Below are positions 16,429 to 18,277 of a stretch of DNA of 18,277 bases, in pieces. How positions within the stretch are numbered: position 1 is the stretch's first letter; each line of letters opens with the position of its first letter. The DNA is from Methanobacteriota archaeon (lineage in GTDB: Archaea > JAADCQ01 > Methanopyri > Methanopyrales > Methanopyraceae): positions 1-18,277 of the forward strand of contig JAMOPY010000035.1 in the NCBI GenBank assembly GCA_027064305.1, in the 5' to 3' direction. The notes beneath the pieces are model-generated. The model was not told where the DNA came from. It did not search any database and was given only the letters and a program-made list of their open reading frames with translations. The position numbers and the translations under genes are program-made.

Positions 16429-17138
16429 GCGTCATCCTGCCGACGTACAACGAACGGGACAACCTCCCGCACGTCATCCCCCGGATCGAGCGGGTGATCG
16501 ACCGGGAGGGCTGGGACGCGGAGGTGCTCGTCGTGGACGACGACTCGCCGGACGGCACCGCCGAGGTGGCCCGGGAGCTGGCGGAGGAGTACGGCAACAT
16601 CCGGGTCATCGTCCGCAAGGAGCGACCGGGGCTCGGCCTGGCCTACCGGCGCGGCTTCCGCGAGGCCGAGGGGGACGTCGTCGTTTGCATGGACGCCGAC
16701 GGTCAGCACCCACCCGAGTACCTCCCGAACCTCGTGAACCCGGTGCTCGACGGGGCGTGCGACTTCGGACTGGGCTCCCGGTACGTGGAGGGGGCCCAGG
16801 TGGAGAACTTCCCCTGGTACCGGCGCCTCAACTCCTGGGGCGCCCGGGTCGTCGCCAGGATCCTCCTGAAGCTCCCCTACCGGGACCCCACCAGCGGGTT
16901 CCGGGCCATCCGCCGCGAGATCCTGGAGGAGGGCCGACCGTTCGTCTCCGAGGGCTTCGAGATCCAGGTGGAGACGCTGGCCAAGGCTCACCACATGGGG
17001 TACCGGGTCCGGGAAATCCCGTTCACGTTCCAGCCCCGGGAGCACGGCTCCTCGAACGTGGGCCTGCGGCAGATCCTACGCTACCTGCGCGGCGTGATCC
17101 GAATCCGCAGGGACCTGCGCCGGCGCGGCCTCCTGTAA
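16419..17138 (+). CDS. GT2 polyprenol-phosphate glycosyltransferase (Dpm1-like)
   Basis: VSVILPTYNE, VVDDDSPDGT, GLGLAY, MDADGQH, GSRY, DPTSGFR, GFEIQVE. Confidence 0.93.
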   Translation: MEVSVILPTYNERDNLPHVIPRIERVIDREGWDAEVLVVDDDSPDGTAEVARELAEEYGNIRVIVRKERPGLGLAYRRGFREAEGDVVVCMDADGQHPPEYLPNLVNPVLDGACDFGLGSRYVEGAQVENFPWYRRLNSWGARVVARILLKLPYRDPTSGFRAIRREILEEGRPFVSEGFEIQVETLAKAHHMGYRVREIPFTFQPREHGSSNVGLRQILRYLRGVIRIRRDLRRRGLL

Positions 17139-17149
17139 ACGATTTATCA
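17135..17149 (+). promoter_or_regulatory. Putative BRE-TATA promoter of the flavoprotein gene
   Basis: GTAAACGATTTATCA about 35 nt upstream of ATG17181 in otherwise very GC-rich DNA. Confidence 0.55.
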
Positions 17150-17159
17150 GCGGGCCCGG

Positions 17160-17177
17160 TCGGCCCGGCCGGGCCGA
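17160..17177. repeat. Perfect 18-bp palindrome
   Basis: TCGGCCCGGCCGGGCCGA equals its own reverse complement. Confidence 0.85.
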
Positions 17178-17180
17178 GCG

Positions 17181-18277
17181 ATGCGCGTGGTGGTCGTTGG
17201 CGGAGGGGCCGCCGGCATCACCGCCGCCCGGACCGCCCGGGAGCGGGGCGCGGAGGTCACCCTGATTACCGAGGACGACCGCGTCGCCTACTCCCCCTGC
17301 GCCATCCCGTTCGTGCTCTCGGGCGAGATCGAGTGCGCGGAAGACATCGTCATGAGGTCGCCCGAGTACTACGAGCGCATGGGAATCGACCTGCGCCTGC
17401 GGACCCGGGTGGAGGAGGTGGACCCGGAGGAGCGGGTGGTGGAGACCGAGGACGGGACGATCGAGTTCGACGCGGCGGTGCTCGCCGTAGGAGGTGAGCC
17501 GCTGATTCCCCCCATCGAGGGCGCGGAGCTGGACGGAGTGCTCACCGTGCGCCGGTTCTCGGACATCGAGCGGCTGGAGCGGGCCGTTCGCTCCGCCGAG
17601 CGCGCGGTCGTGGTCGGGGCCGGTCCGATCGGGGTGGAGATGGCGCACGCGCTGCACCGGCGCGGCCTGAAGGTCACGCTGGTCGAGATGCTGAACCAGG
17701 TACTACCGCAGCTGCTGGACCGCGATCTCGCCGCCGAGCTCCAGGAGCGCATGGAGAAGGAGGGCGTCCGGGTCCTGCTGGGCGACCCCGTGGAGGAGAT
17801 CCGCGGGGACGGGTCGGTGGAGTCCGTGGTGGTGGGTGGCGAGGAGCTCGAGGCGGACCTCGTGATAATGGCGGCCGGGGTCCGGCCCCGGACCGAGCTC
17901 TTCGAGGCCATGAACGCCGCCGTCACCCCGTTCGGGGTCGAGGTGGACCCGGCCCTGCGGGTGAAGACCGAGGACGGCGGCGTGTTCGAGGGGATTTACG
18001 CGGCCGGGGACTGCGCGGCCGACTGGTGCCCGATCACGGGTGAGCCGGTCCCCAGCCAGCTCGGGACCGTGGCCGTGCGCCAGGGTCGCGTCGCCGGACT
18101 CAACGCGGCGGAGGGTCCTCGGGTGACCTGGCCGGGAACGCTCAACACCGCGGTGGTCTGCGCGTTCGATCTGGAGGCGGCCGGGTGCGGGCTCACCGAG
18201 GCCCGGGCCGGGGACGTCGGGATGGAGGTGGTCTCGGCGACCGTCAGCTCGACGACCCGGGCCCGGTACTACCCGGG
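17181..18277 (+). CDS. FAD-dependent NAD(P)H oxidase / CoA-disulfide reductase family, truncated by the window end
   Basis: Not in the ORF track (no stop in window). MRVVVVGGGAAG FAD motif, YSPCAIP redox Cys, VVGAGPIGVEMA, IYAAGDC. Confidence 0.92.
   Translation, partial: MRVVVVGGGAAGITAARTARERGAEVTLITEDDRVAYSPCAIPFVLSGEIECAEDIVMRSPEYYERMGIDLRLRTRVEEVDPEERVVETEDGTIEFDAAVLAVGGEPLIPPIEGAELDGVLTVRRFSDIERLERAVRSAERAVVVGAGPIGVEMAHALHRRGLKVTLVEMLNQVLPQLLDRDLAAELQERMEKEGVRVLLGDPVEEIRGDGSVESVVVGGEELEADLVIMAAGVRPRTELFEAMNAAVTPFGVEVDPALRVKTEDGGVFEGIYAAGDCAADWCPITGEPVPSQLGTVAVRQGRVAGLNAAEGPRVTWPGTLNTAVVCAFDLEAAGCGLTEARAGDVGMEVVSATVSSTTRARYYP

Noticed and set aside
1-18277. CRISPR array, IS element, intein, tRNA or rRNA gene
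   Set aside because: No spaced repeats, transposase or integrase motifs, intein-sized insertions in TFB or PAN, or cloverleaf-sized intergenic gaps were seen.

Overview
GC-rich, tightly packed archaeal chromosome segment. TFB, Gar1, PAN and 2-phosphoglycerate kinase point to a hyperthermophilic methanogen, most likely Methanopyrus-like (inference). It holds about 23 CDS: a ferredoxin/Zn-ribbon-gar1-tfb run, HTH-PhoU, argJ plus a TIGR00300 ornithine cyclodeaminase, 2PGK-CBS, a CLC-CYTH-membrane protein run, and a long + strand run (cupin, Pcc1-like, two beta-helix proteins, CitG/MdcB-like, MdcG-like nucleotidyltransferase, PAN, GNAT, GT2, NADH oxidase/CoA-disulfide reductase). Highlights: (1) two box C/D guide sRNAs hidden at gene junctions, each with two guides matching neighbouring conserved 23S rRNA segments (targets recalled, not aligned); (2) an orphan CitG+MdcG-like phosphoribosyl-dephospho-CoA modification module with no acyl carrier protein or lyase in view; (3) a CLC lacking both proton-coupling glutamates; (4) three head-to-head gene pairs with gaps under 30 bp. 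No mobile elements, CRISPR arrays, tRNA or rRNA genes were seen.
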